Below are positions 9,798 through 19,384 of a stretch of DNA of 64,000 bases, one piece after another (the stretch's first letter is position 1; each line of letters starts with the position of its first letter). Location: contig JBKHJO010000003.1 in assembly GCA_046538105.1 (NCBI GenBank), positions 4,418 through 68,417 of the forward strand. Reading direction: 5' to 3'. This DNA comes from Anaerolineales bacterium. GTDB taxonomy: Bacteria > Chloroflexota > Anaerolineae > UBA1429. The notes beneath the pieces were generated by a model, which was not told the origin of the DNA, ran no database searches, and worked only from the letters and a program-made list of their open reading frames with translations. The position numbers and the translations under genes are program-made.

Positions 9798-10363
9798 TGC
9801 GCGAACTCTCGCTTCATATCCTGGATCTTTTACAGAATGCCCTGGAAGCGGGAGCAAGTTATGTCGAACTTGAGATTGTAGAGGATATCGCTCAAAATCG
9901 CCTATCCATATCTGTAGAGGACAACGGACGGGGAATGAGTAAGGAAGCCCTAGCACGTATCGATGACCCTTTCTTCACCACGCGCAGGAGCAGGCGTGTG
10001 GGATTGGGGATCCCGTTGCTCAAAGCAGCCGCCAGACGTTGCAACGGCGATGTAAGCGTCACGTCGAAAATGGCCGTGGGAACCCGGGTGGAGGCGCACT
10101 TTGAGCGGGATCATATCGACAGGGCGCCCTTGGGCGATATGGTCAGCACCCTCTCGGGGTTTATTCTTACCTCTCCGGCAAAGGGGGAAGCGTGTGACAT
10201 GCGCTACACGCATCGCATCGATGGGCGTACCTTTACTTTCGACACGCGGGAGATACGTGAGACTCTGGGGGGCGTTCCGCTAACGCACCCCCGCGTTCGA
10301 CGGTGGATGGAAGATTTTCTGCAGCAGGGGTTCGCGGAGTTACATGGGAACCCCTCTTTTTGA
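9797..10363 (+). CDS. stand-alone HATPase_c (histidine-kinase-like ATPase)
   Basis: MRELSLHILDLLQNA, DNGRGM, DPFFTTR, VGLGIP, HIDRAPLGD. Confidence 0.85.
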   Translation: MRELSLHILDLLQNALEAGASYVELEIVEDIAQNRLSISVEDNGRGMSKEALARIDDPFFTTRRSRRVGLGIPLLKAAARRCNGDVSVTSKMAVGTRVEAHFERDHIDRAPLGDMVSTLSGFILTSPAKGEACDMRYTHRIDGRTFTFDTREIRETLGGVPLTHPRVRRWMEDFLQQGFAELHGNPSF

Positions 10364-10428
10364 CATTATTTTCAGAGTAAGTGAATCCACTTGGTCCTAT
10401 TTAGTGGCGTTTTGAGAGGAGATGAGAT

Positions 10429-10803
10429 ATGCCCAGATTGGAATCACTGGAAGATTTACGTGCCCTGCGCGCTGAGGTGCAGGAGGAGATGACGGTCCGC
10501 GGAGAGACAGAAGCAGTCATCACGGTGGGCATGGGCACATGTGGCATTGCGGCGGGCGCCCGGGAGACCATGCGCGCAATCCTCAGGGAACTGGAAGCCC
10601 GAGATATAGACGCCCACGTCAAGACGGTGGGATGTATCGGCATGTGTGCAAACGAACCGCTGGTGGATATCAAACAAGGCGACGAGCCGCGTATAACCTA
10701 CGGAAACCTGACGGCAGAAAAAGTTCCTCAGTTGATAGAAGAACACCTGATTCAGGGGAACGTCGTTGAGGACTGGGTATTGGGTAGATTGCGAGAAGCG
10801 TAA
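10429..10803 (+). CDS. thioredoxin-like (2Fe-2S) ferredoxin, HndB/HydD-like
   Basis: VGMGTCGIAAGA, VGCIGMCANEP. Confidence 0.85.
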   Translation: MPRLESLEDLRALRAEVQEEMTVRGETEAVITVGMGTCGIAAGARETMRAILRELEARDIDAHVKTVGCIGMCANEPLVDIKQGDEPRITYGNLTAEKVPQLIEEHLIQGNVVEDWVLGRLREA

Positions 10804-10846
10804 TATGACGGATATACGTGATAGAGAGAATGTTGGAGGACAAGTG

Positions 10847-13800
10847 ATGTCGGAACCCGTATATCGGGCAGATGTTCTGGTATGTAGTGGTACAAGTTGT
10901 ACGGCCTCGGGAGCACCCTCGGTGCTTATGGCCCTGAAAGAGGAGATCGGCCGCCGGGGTCTGGAGGAAGAGGTTCACGTGGTAGAGACGGGCTGTCGTG
11001 GCTTTTGCGCCATGGGTCCGGTGATGATCATCTATCCGGAGGGCATCTTCTATTGTCAGATAGAAGCCTCGGATGTCGAAGAAATCGTCGAGGAGACGCT
11101 GGTAAAGGGGCGCGTGGTAGAACGGCTCACCTACGAGGAGCCGAGCACCCATGAGAGCGTTCCTTTTTACGATGATATACCCTTCTATGGCAAACAGCGC
11201 CGTATTACGCTGCGCAACTGTGGCCTCATCGATCCCGAAAGCATCGAGGAGTATATCGCTCGGGGCGGATACGAGGCCCTGGGCAAAGTGTTGAGTTCCA
11301 TGACCCCTGAAGACGTGATCGACGAAGTCAAGAGTTCGGGTCTGCGAGGACGCGGTGGTGCCGGCTTTCTCACAGGACTCAAGTGGGAGTTCGCGCAAAA
11401 GGCTCCCGGCGATATCAAGTATGTCGTCTGCAACGCGGACGAGGGAGACCCGGGCGCTTTTATGGATCGCTCCGTATTGGAGGGAGATCCCCATTCGGTA
11501 CTTGAGGGCATGACCATCGCGGCCTATGCCATCGGCGCCCATGAGGGCTATATCTACTGCCGCGCCGAGTATCCTCTTGCTATCAGGCGCTTGAATATGG
11601 CCATCGCACAGGCCGAGGAGTATGGATTGCTGGGCGAGGGCATCCTGGGTACAGATTTCGACTTTACCATCCGCATCAAAGAGGGGGCTGGCGCCTTTGT
11701 CTGTGGTGAGGAGACGGCGCTCATCGCCTCCATTGAGGGCAAGCGAGGGGAGCCGCGTCCCAGACCGCCTTTCCCCGCCGTTTCGGGCCTGTGGGGCAAG
11801 CCGACGAACAATAACAATGTCAAGAGTTACGCCAACGTCCCCCAGATCATCGCCAATGGTGCAGAGTGGTTCTCCTCTATCGGCACCAAGAGGAGCCCTG
11901 GAACAGCCATCTTTGCCCTTACTGGCAAAGTGAGAAACACGGGCCTGGTAGAGGTTCCCATGGGCATCACCCTGGGAGAGATCATATTTGATATTGGCGG
12001 GGGCGTGCCCGACGGGAAACAATTCAAGGCTGTGCAAACCGGCGGCCCCCTGGGAGGCTGTCTGCCCGCCTCGGGATTGAATCTGAACGTGGACTTTGAT
12101 TCGCTCGAACAAGCCGGCGCGGTGATGGGTTCTGGCGGCATGATCGTCGTCGACGAGGACACCTGCATGGTCGAGTTGAGCAGGTTCTTTCTGACCTTTG
12201 CCGTCGCCGAGTCCTGTGGCAAGTGCGTGCCCTGCCGCGTGGGCGGGAGGCGCATGTTGGAGATATTGACCCGCATCACCGAGGGCAAGGGGAAGATGGA
12301 GGACCTTGACACCATCGAGGAGATCGCGGAGGGTATGGCTTCCAACTCTTTGTGTGCCCTGGGGCAACTCACGCCGGGACCTGTCGTGAGCGCCCTGCGC
12401 TACTTCCGCGACGAGTTCGAGGCCCACATCCTGGAGAAGCGTTGTCCGGCGGGGGTTTGCCCCGATCTGGTGCGCGCCCCCTGTGTGAACGCCTGTCCTG
12501 CGGGAGTCGACGTCTCCAGTTATGTCTCCCTGGTCTCGCAGGGTGAATATGCAGAGGCGTTGGAGATACACCGCAAGCGAAATCCCTTTGCCCTCATCTG
12601 TGGGCGTGTCTGTCCGGCATTTTGCGAGGATCGCTGCCGACGCGGCCAGTTGGACGAGCCAGTGGCCATCCGACATATCAAACGTTTTATGGCCGATCAT
12701 GAGATGGAGAACCCCTGGACGCCATCCCAGTTAGAGCCCGACAAGGACGAGAAGGTGGCCGTCATAGGGGCTGGACCAGCCGGGCTGACGGCTGCACTAC
12801 GCCTGGCTCAGTGGGGGTACGAGGTGACCGTGCATGAGGCGCTGCCCGTGGCCGGGGGGATGATGGCTGTGGGCATCCCAGAATATCGTCTGCCCCGGGA
12901 CATATTACAGATGGAGATCGAGAATATCAAGCGTGCCGGCGTGGAGATCGTCCTCAACAGCGCGTTAGGCAAAGATTTCACCATCGAAGACCTCCTTGAG
13001 GATCAGGGCTACAATGCCGTGATACTGGCAGTTGGCGCCCACGTCAGCCGCTCCCTGCATATTCCCGGCGAGGATCTGGAGGGGGTATGGGGCGGTACCG
13101 ATTTCCTCAAGGATGTAGCCCTGGGGAATTCCCCCGAACTTGTGGGGAAAAGTGTGGCCGTGGTGGGCGGAGGAAACTCGGCCATAGACGCGGCCCGTAC
13201 GGCGATTCGCCTTGGGGCTTTGGACGTGCACCTGGTCTATCGCCGCCGCCGTGAGGACATGCCCGCGGAGGATATAGAGATCAAAGAGGCCCAGGAAGAG
13301 GGCCTGAAACTGCATCTGCTGACCAACCCTACCCGCATCCTGGGCGATGAAAAGGTCGAGGGCATGGAAGTTGTAGAGCAGGAATTGGGCGAGTTCGATA
13401 ACAGCGCCCGCCGCAGCCCCCATCCAAAAGAGGGCAGCGAGTACGTCATGCCCGTGGACGTGGTCATCACCGCCATCGGGCAGGGTGTGGATATTGGCTG
13501 CGTGGATGAGGAATGCGGCATCGAGTTCGAGCGCAATGCCACGGTAAAGGTGAGCGATGTGGGCTCGCAACGAGGCCCATTGCGCACCACGCGAGATGAC
13601 GTGTTCGCCGCTGGCGATGCCGTCCTCGGGCCGGCGACCGTTGTGGAGGCCGTGGATCAGGGCAACAAGGTGGCTCTGGCCGTGGACAAGTACCTACAGA
13701 ATGGTCTGGCCCTTCCCAAAGATGACTGGCTGGCATATGACGAGATCCCCCTGACGTGGGAGATGGAAGAGTATGCGGAGGCGACCCGCCCCGAGATGCC

Positions 13801-13918
13801 CGTTCGAGAGGCGTCCGTCCGTCGCAACGACTGGAGGCAGATCGAACTGGGTTTTGCTGAGAGGGTCTGTCGCGAGGAGTGCAATCGTTGCCTGCGGTGC
13901 GATCTTGAGGAAGAGTAA
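10847..13918 (+). CDS. NuoF/HydB-like FMN-NADH subunit fused to GltD/NfnB-like FAD-NAD(P)H oxidoreductase domain
   Basis: N-terminal CSGTSC..CRGFC; GLRGRGGAGF, NADEGDPGAFMDR, CGEETAL, GGPLGG, CGKCVPC..CALG, H..CPAGVC; then PCVNACP, CGRVCPAFCEDRC, GAGPAG, GIPEYRL, GGGNSAIDAAR, YRR, AAGD, RCLRC. Confidence 0.9.
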   Translation: MSEPVYRADVLVCSGTSCTASGAPSVLMALKEEIGRRGLEEEVHVVETGCRGFCAMGPVMIIYPEGIFYCQIEASDVEEIVEETLVKGRVVERLTYEEPSTHESVPFYDDIPFYGKQRRITLRNCGLIDPESIEEYIARGGYEALGKVLSSMTPEDVIDEVKSSGLRGRGGAGFLTGLKWEFAQKAPGDIKYVVCNADEGDPGAFMDRSVLEGDPHSVLEGMTIAAYAIGAHEGYIYCRAEYPLAIRRLNMAIAQAEEYGLLGEGILGTDFDFTIRIKEGAGAFVCGEETALIASIEGKRGEPRPRPPFPAVSGLWGKPTNNNNVKSYANVPQIIANGAEWFSSIGTKRSPGTAIFALTGKVRNTGLVEVPMGITLGEIIFDIGGGVPDGKQFKAVQTGGPLGGCLPASGLNLNVDFDSLEQAGAVMGSGGMIVVDEDTCMVELSRFFLTFAVAESCGKCVPCRVGGRRMLEILTRITEGKGKMEDLDTIEEIAEGMASNSLCALGQLTPGPVVSALRYFRDEFEAHILEKRCPAGVCPDLVRAPCVNACPAGVDVSSYVSLVSQGEYAEALEIHRKRNPFALICGRVCPAFCEDRCRRGQLDEPVAIRHIKRFMADHEMENPWTPSQLEPDKDEKVAVIGAGPAGLTAALRLAQWGYEVTVHEALPVAGGMMAVGIPEYRLPRDILQMEIENIKRAGVEIVLNSALGKDFTIEDLLEDQGYNAVILAVGAHVSRSLHIPGEDLEGVWGGTDFLKDVALGNSPELVGKSVAVVGGGNSAIDAARTAIRLGALDVHLVYRRRREDMPAEDIEIKEAQEEGLKLHLLTNPTRILGDEKVEGMEVVEQELGEFDNSARRSPHPKEGSEYVMPVDVVITAIGQGVDIGCVDEECGIEFERNATVKVSDVGSQRGPLRTTRDDVFAAGDAVLGPATVVEAVDQGNKVALAVDKYLQNGLALPKDDWLAYDEIPLTWEMEEYAEATRPEMPVREASVRRNDWRQIELGFAERVCREECNRCLRCDLEEE

Positions 13919-13923
13919 CGGAG

Positions 13924-14514
13924 ATGTCGATGGCGCTTGAGATGGTGGAGCGGGATGTGCAGGGAGCATTTGCTCGTGGGAGATCCCTGGCGCTGAATAT
14001 ATCCTCCCTTCTTCTCGTCGGTTATGGCAACACCAGCCGCCGCGATGATGGGGTGGCCCTGCACATCCTCCGCTGCCTGAGGAGACGCCTCGGACTTTTG
14101 CTGGACGAGTGGGAGGCCGGCACCATACTGTGTCCCCATGACGGGGCGTACAAGCCGCTGGCCATGATCTGTGTGCATCAACTTGCTCCAGAGTTGGCCG
14201 AGTTGGCAGCCCAGTACGATGCCGTCATCTTTATCGATGCTCACGTGGCGGCTGCGGATTGGGAGCCTGTGGCCTGGCAGGAGATATCCCCCGCCTATCA
14301 GGCGGGGATCGTCAGTCATCACCTCAAACCCAGTGTCGTATTGGCATTGAGCCATTCCCTTTACGGGGGCCATCCAAAGGGCTATACGCTCTCCGTTTTG
14401 GGACACGATTTCGATTTTGGTGAGGAATTATCGTCGAATACTTTACCTTTGGCCCAGGAAGCGGTGTTTTTTCTACTGGGTTTGATACAGTCCGAAGGAT
14501 TGGCCCCGACGTGA
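13924..14514 (+). CDS. [NiFe]-hydrogenase maturation protease (start may lie ~60 nt downstream)
   Basis: LVGYGNTSRRDDGVA, HQLAPE, IFIDA, SHH. Confidence 0.85.
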   Translation: MSMALEMVERDVQGAFARGRSLALNISSLLLVGYGNTSRRDDGVALHILRCLRRRLGLLLDEWEAGTILCPHDGAYKPLAMICVHQLAPELAELAAQYDAVIFIDAHVAAADWEPVAWQEISPAYQAGIVSHHLKPSVVLALSHSLYGGHPKGYTLSVLGHDFDFGEELSSNTLPLAQEAVFFLLGLIQSEGLAPT

Positions 14515-14644
14515 GCATGCTATTTTAGATATTGCGAAATTCGAAAAAATCTTACTAATACTCTTTAAATTCGTAGATTTAGACGGTATAATGCGATAAT
14601 GATCGTATTTGCCCGGTGGCCCTTTTGTAGGAGGAACCAAGATT

Positions 14645-16366
14645 ATGCCAGATGTACGTATCACGATCGATGGTAAGGAGGTTTCGGTACCTGCGGGAAG
14701 CACCGTTCTCGAAGCGGCAGAGGCTGCGGGGATCGAGATCTCTACATTGTGTGATCATCCGGCGGTAGAACCCATCGGTGCCTGCCGCATGTGTCTCGTG
14801 GAAATAGAAAAGCAGCGTGTGTTGCAGCCCGCGTGTACCTTTCCCGTATCGGATGGTATGGTTGTCCACACGCACTCGGAAAAGGTGATCAAAGCGCGTC
14901 GTTTTGTGCTGCAGTTGCTTTTCTCGGAACGCAACCATTTCTGTATGTACTGCCAGATGAGTGGCAGTTGTGAACTCCAGGATCTCGCGTATGAGTACAA
15001 TCTGGATCACTGGACGTATGAGAGGCCCTTTCCCCAGCTTCCGGTCGATGCCTCGCGCGAATACTTTATCATGGATCACAACCGCTGCATTCTGTGTCGG
15101 CGGTGCATCCGTGTATGCGATGAACTTGTGGGCAACAAGACGTTGGGCATCAAGAACCGTGGAACCAACAGCATGATCATCGCCGATCTGGATATCCCCT
15201 TTGGTGAATCGAGCTGCATTTCGTGTGGTACCTGCCTTCAGGTATGTCCCACCGGGGCATTGGCCGACCGCGCCAGCGCCTATATGGGCGCCGAGGACGA
15301 GATAGACAGGATCAAGTCGCGGTGTGTGGCCTGCAGCATAGGCTGCGGCGTGGAACTCATCGTGCGCAACAATCGCGTCATTCGCATCGAGGGTGATTGG
15401 GATGCAAAGCCGAATGACGGTCTGCTCTGTGAGATAGGGCGATTCCATCCCCTGCATGAGCAACGTCGGCGGGTATACAAGCCCCTTGTCAACGGGGAAG
15501 ATGGCTTGCAAGAGACGAATTGGGAGGAGGCCGTGGTCCTGGCCGCCGAGAAGGTAAAGGGTGCGGGCGAGGATCTCGTTGCGGTCGTTTCGGATTTTGC
15601 CTCTATGGAGGCTGCTGAAGCCATAGTCGATCAGTTGCCAGGCCAGCAGGTGGCTATGGACGGCCCCGCGCCGCGCGTGGAGAGCGCACCACTGTCCACG
15701 CTGGATGAGGCCGATCTCTTTATCGTGGTCGATACCGATCTCACCGTCGATTATCAGGTGGCGGGTTTTGCCATAAAGCGGGGCTTTCGTCACAGGGGCG
15801 CCCGACTTGTCATCATAGACGACGAGGAGAATGGGCTGGATCCCTGGGCTTCTGAGAAACTCGCTTTGCAAGAGGCGAAAGAGGTTCTGGACAGGGCCGA
15901 GGACGCAGAGTATCCCGTCATCATCTGCGATATGGAGGGTGTCGAGTTGGCACAATCCCTATCGGCAGGTCTTTCCGATGCCGATCTGGTCGTTATGGCC
16001 CCTGGAGGAAACAGCCTTGGTCTGAAGGAAGCGGGCATAGAGAGAGCCTTTGAAGAAAGCGAAAAGGCATCTGTATACTATGTACTGGCTGCTGAGGCGC
16101 CAGAGATGGATGAGGCCCTGGCAGGTGCTCTGGACGAGGCCGATTTCGTGATCGTGCAGGCTTCTTTCCGGGAGCCCTGGGAAGAGGTGGCGGACGTGAT
16201 ACTGCCCTCTCCCATCACCTCGGAGAAGGATGGCACGATGATCAATACGGAAGGGACTGTCGGGCAAATAGTGGCCGGCGTGGACAGGTCGTTGCCCGGT
16301 GAGGAAAGAGTTATCGAGAGGATCAACAGGCACATTCGGGCGGCCGCTCCCTCTGCCGGGGAATAG
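14645..16366 (+). CDS. NuoG/HoxU/HydA-like Fe-S subunit with degenerate molybdopterin-oxidoreductase-like C-terminus
   Basis: TLC..GACRMC..PAC (2Fe-2S), HFCMYC..C, CILCRRC..C, CISCGTC..CP, CVACSIGC..LC; C-terminal ADVILPS..EKDGTMINTEG; no H-cluster motifs. Confidence 0.85.
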   Translation: MPDVRITIDGKEVSVPAGSTVLEAAEAAGIEISTLCDHPAVEPIGACRMCLVEIEKQRVLQPACTFPVSDGMVVHTHSEKVIKARRFVLQLLFSERNHFCMYCQMSGSCELQDLAYEYNLDHWTYERPFPQLPVDASREYFIMDHNRCILCRRCIRVCDELVGNKTLGIKNRGTNSMIIADLDIPFGESSCISCGTCLQVCPTGALADRASAYMGAEDEIDRIKSRCVACSIGCGVELIVRNNRVIRIEGDWDAKPNDGLLCEIGRFHPLHEQRRRVYKPLVNGEDGLQETNWEEAVVLAAEKVKGAGEDLVAVVSDFASMEAAEAIVDQLPGQQVAMDGPAPRVESAPLSTLDEADLFIVVDTDLTVDYQVAGFAIKRGFRHRGARLVIIDDEENGLDPWASEKLALQEAKEVLDRAEDAEYPVIICDMEGVELAQSLSAGLSDADLVVMAPGGNSLGLKEAGIERAFEESEKASVYYVLAAEAPEMDEALAGALDEADFVIVQASFREPWEEVADVILPSPITSEKDGTMINTEGTVGQIVAGVDRSLPGEERVIERINRHIRAAAPSAGE

Positions 16367-16445
16367 CCGTCGGATCTGTGGCCTTGAACATGAATATAAA
16401 TCCAGTATAAAGCAATCCGGCAGTGATCTTTGAGGAGGATACATA

Positions 16446-16991
16446 GTGGCAAAAGTAACAGTTTGCACAGATTGGTTGGACGTCTGCTCCGGCTGCCATA
16501 TGTCACTTTTGGACGTCGACGAACGCCTTGTGCAGCTATTGGAGCATATACAACTTCTCTCATCGCCCATCACGGACCTGAAACATCCCCCCAAAGAAGG
16601 ATGTGATATAGGTATTCTGACGGGAGCGGTGAGTAATGACCACCAATTGGCGGTGGCCGAAGAGATGCGCGAGCGATGCGATCTGCTCATCTCCCTGGGA
16701 GATTGTGCAGTGTTTGGCGGGATCTGTACCATGCGCAATTTCTTTGACGTGGAGGATGTGTTAAAGAGGGCCTACGTGGATACAGAAAGCACGGCCCCCG
16801 GGCAAGGGGTGCCTCGTTCGACCGAGATCGCTAAACTGTTCCCCCGCGTCAAGGCTGTAAACGATGTGGTGGAGGTCGATCTGCACGTTCCGGGTTGTCC
16901 CCCGCCGGCCGACGGGATTTGGTTCGTTCTCACCGAACTCTTGGAGGGCCGTATTCCCGTCATTCCAGAAGAGTTGTTGACCTATGATTGA
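16446..16991 (+). CDS. group 3 [NiFe]-hydrogenase small subunit (HoxY/HydS-like)
   Basis: CSGCHMS, GDCAVFGG, PGCPP; short single-cluster form. Confidence 0.9.
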   Translation: MAKVTVCTDWLDVCSGCHMSLLDVDERLVQLLEHIQLLSSPITDLKHPPKEGCDIGILTGAVSNDHQLAVAEEMRERCDLLISLGDCAVFGGICTMRNFFDVEDVLKRAYVDTESTAPGQGVPRSTEIAKLFPRVKAVNDVVEVDLHVPGCPPPADGIWFVLTELLEGRIPVIPEELLTYD

Positions 16992-17044
16992 TAGATGTGG
17001 AAGCCGCTTGCTTCACAGGCTTTTTTAAATAGGAGAGATAGATA

Positions 17045-18463
17045 ATGGGTCGAAAAATAGCAATTGAACCAGTAACGCGTATTGAGGGACACGCGCGCGT
17101 CACGGTACACCTCGATGACGACGGTCAGGTCGAACACGCCTACATGCACGTGGATCAGTTTCGGGGCTTTGAAAAGTTTTCCGAGGGGCGTATGTACTAT
17201 GAGATGCCCGTGATCACGCCACGGATCTGTGGTATCTGCCCCGTGAGTCATCATCTGACTTCGGCCAAGGCGTGCGATGAGCTGGTGGGGGCCGAACCTC
17301 CCAGACCAGCCACGTTAATGCGCAGACTGCTCCACAAGGGACAGTTGATACAGTCGCACTCCATGCACTTTTTCCATCTGGCCTCGCCCGATCTGCTCCT
17401 CGGCTTTGACGCCGATCCGGCCGTACGCAACGTGGCCGGTCTGTTGGAAGTGAATCCTGATTTGGCACTGAAAGCGGTCAAACTGCGCAAGTACGGTCAG
17501 GAGATCATCGAGCGCGTGGGCGGGCGCCGGATTCACATGCACTGGGCCGTGCCCGGCGGCGTGAGCGCTCCCCTCTCACAGGAGGATCGAGATTACATAC
17601 TCTCCCAGGTCGATGAGATGATCGGGTATACTCAGGAGGGGATCGCGATTGCCAAGGATTGGTTGGAGGCCAACCAGGACGTGGTGAAGAACTTTGCCAA
17701 TTTCTCCTCCAACTATTTGGGTATGGTGAACGACGGCGCCCTGGAAGTGTATGATGGTCCTGTGCGCCTGGTGGACAAGGATGGGGAATTACTGGAAGAG
17801 TTTGACGGGCGAAACTATTTGGACTATATCGAAGAGTGCGTCGAGGATTGGACCTATCTAAAGTTCCCCTACTATAGAGAGATGGGATGGCCGGAGGGGG
17901 CCTATCGCGTGGCGCCCCTGGGGCGCCTGAACGTCGCGGAGCGTATCTCGACGCCGCTGGCGAACGAGGAGTTCAAGGCGTTCAAGGCCCTGTCCGACGG
18001 ACCCGTGGAGCCTTCTCTCTACTATCATTATGCGCGTCTCATCGAGGCTCTCTATTGCATAGAGCGAGTACGCGAGTTGTGCGAGGACGAGGATATACTC
18101 TCCCAGGATATCCTCAACACGCGCGTCGATATGCAAGAGGAGGGTGTGGGGGTTATCGAGGCGCCCCGCGGCACCCTGTGGCATCACTATTGGGTGAACG
18201 ATGATGGCGTGATACAGAAGGCCAACCTCATTGTGGCCACAGGCAACAATAATTGGGCCATGTGCAAATCTGTGGATATGGTGGCCAAGGCCTTTGTGGA
18301 TGGCAACGATCTGACGGAGGGCATGCTCAACCGCGTCGAGGCCGCCATCCGCTGCTACGATCCCTGTCTCTCCTGTTCCACCCACGCCCTGGGCCAGATG
18401 CCCATAGTCATCGATGTCGTCAATGCGGAAGGCGAAAGCGTAAAGCAGTTCCACCGCGACTGA
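17045..18463 (+). CDS. group 3 [NiFe]-hydrogenase large subunit (HoxH/HydL-like)
   Basis: TRIEGH, RGFE, L1 RICGICPVSH, EAPRGTL, L2 DPCLSCSTH plus a cleavable C-terminal extension. Confidence 0.95.
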   Translation: MGRKIAIEPVTRIEGHARVTVHLDDDGQVEHAYMHVDQFRGFEKFSEGRMYYEMPVITPRICGICPVSHHLTSAKACDELVGAEPPRPATLMRRLLHKGQLIQSHSMHFFHLASPDLLLGFDADPAVRNVAGLLEVNPDLALKAVKLRKYGQEIIERVGGRRIHMHWAVPGGVSAPLSQEDRDYILSQVDEMIGYTQEGIAIAKDWLEANQDVVKNFANFSSNYLGMVNDGALEVYDGPVRLVDKDGELLEEFDGRNYLDYIEECVEDWTYLKFPYYREMGWPEGAYRVAPLGRLNVAERISTPLANEEFKAFKALSDGPVEPSLYYHYARLIEALYCIERVRELCEDEDILSQDILNTRVDMQEEGVGVIEAPRGTLWHHYWVNDDGVIQKANLIVATGNNNWAMCKSVDMVAKAFVDGNDLTEGMLNRVEAAIRCYDPCLSCSTHALGQMPIVIDVVNAEGESVKQFHRD

Positions 18464-18486
18464 TATCGGATACGTGCACATTGCCA

Positions 18487-18525
18487 AAAAGACACGGCCT
18501 TTTGACGTAAAGGGCCGTGTCTTTT
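18487..18525. terminator. intrinsic terminator after the hydrogenase large subunit
   Basis: Inverted repeat AAAAGACACGGCC...GGCCGTGTCTTTT. Confidence 0.75.
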
Positions 18526-18569
18526 ACACTCTGGAGAGATAGAGATTCCCACGAATGGGGGGAAAAGAT

Positions 18570-19352
18570 ATGTCGATGAAATCGCCGCAGGAGATTATCG
18601 CCGCGTCCTGCAATGCCGGATGCGGCAAGGCAGATCTATCCATCGTCGAGGAAGTGGTGTTAGGATTCTTGGCGGGAACCTTTGTTGCCCTGGGGGGTAT
18701 GCTGGCCATCATGGGCCAGGGAGATGTGAGGCTCACTCTGCCGGCGTTCGCCTTTGCCGGGCTTGGTCCCGTGGGCATCCTGCTGGTCGTCCTCACCGGG
18801 GCCGAACTTTTTACCATCAATTGCGTCGTCATGCCCCCCACCTGTTTGGTGGGGGCGGTTCCCTGGCAAAAGATGCTGCACAACTGGCTTTGGGTCTACC
18901 TGGGAAACTTGCTAGGCGCTCTGTTCTCGGCGCTGGCTCTGGCCTATGGGACGGGAATCATCAACGTGAATGCCGGCGGTCCAGGCGCAGAGGCGGGGGC
19001 CGCGGCGGCAGTGCTGGCAGAGAGCAAACTGACGCCTGGTTGGGGCGCGCTGCTCCTCCGTGGTGTGTGGTGCGGCTGGCTTCTTGGATTGGGCGTCTGG
19101 TTGGCTTTTGCTACCGATGACCTCCTGGCCAAGTTGGCAGGTCTGTGGCTTCCCATCGTCGCCTTTATGCTGTTAGGCTTTCAGCATGGGATTGCCAATA
19201 TCTTTTTTATCCCTCTGGGAATGATGAACGGCGCCGCAGTAGGGGTCCTGCAGTTTCTATTCGGTAACCTGCTGCCCGTGACCCTGGGCAACGTCATCGG
19301 GGGCAGTGGCCTCGTCGGTGTGCTCTACTGGTGGTTGTACGCCAAGGAGTAG
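18570..19352 (+). CDS. formate/nitrite transporter (FNT) family channel
   Basis: GFLAGTFVALG, GAELFT, VYLGNLLG, GFQHGIAN, VTLGNVIGG. Confidence 0.9.
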   Translation: MSMKSPQEIIAASCNAGCGKADLSIVEEVVLGFLAGTFVALGGMLAIMGQGDVRLTLPAFAFAGLGPVGILLVVLTGAELFTINCVVMPPTCLVGAVPWQKMLHNWLWVYLGNLLGALFSALALAYGTGIINVNAGGPGAEAGAAAAVLAESKLTPGWGALLLRGVWCGWLLGLGVWLAFATDDLLAKLAGLWLPIVAFMLLGFQHGIANIFFIPLGMMNGAAVGVLQFLFGNLLPVTLGNVIGGSGLVGVLYWWLYAKE

Positions 19353-19384
19353 CCTTCGCTTTCAGAGCAGAAGGAGTTTTGCAG

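Noticed and set aside
10670-12700. Long antisense ORFs (also 33590-34840, 39759-40958, 42829-43779, 59946-60887)
   Set aside because: They mirror well-supported genes on the opposite strand, as expected with GC-rich codon usage, and have no recognisable motifs.
14645-16366. Formate dehydrogenase alpha subunit, [FeFe] HydA, or a selenoprotein
   Set aside because: Too short for FdhA, with no Mo-ligand Cys/Sec-His motif, no H-cluster motifs and no in-frame TGA. The large-subunit L2 motif also has Cys, not Sec.
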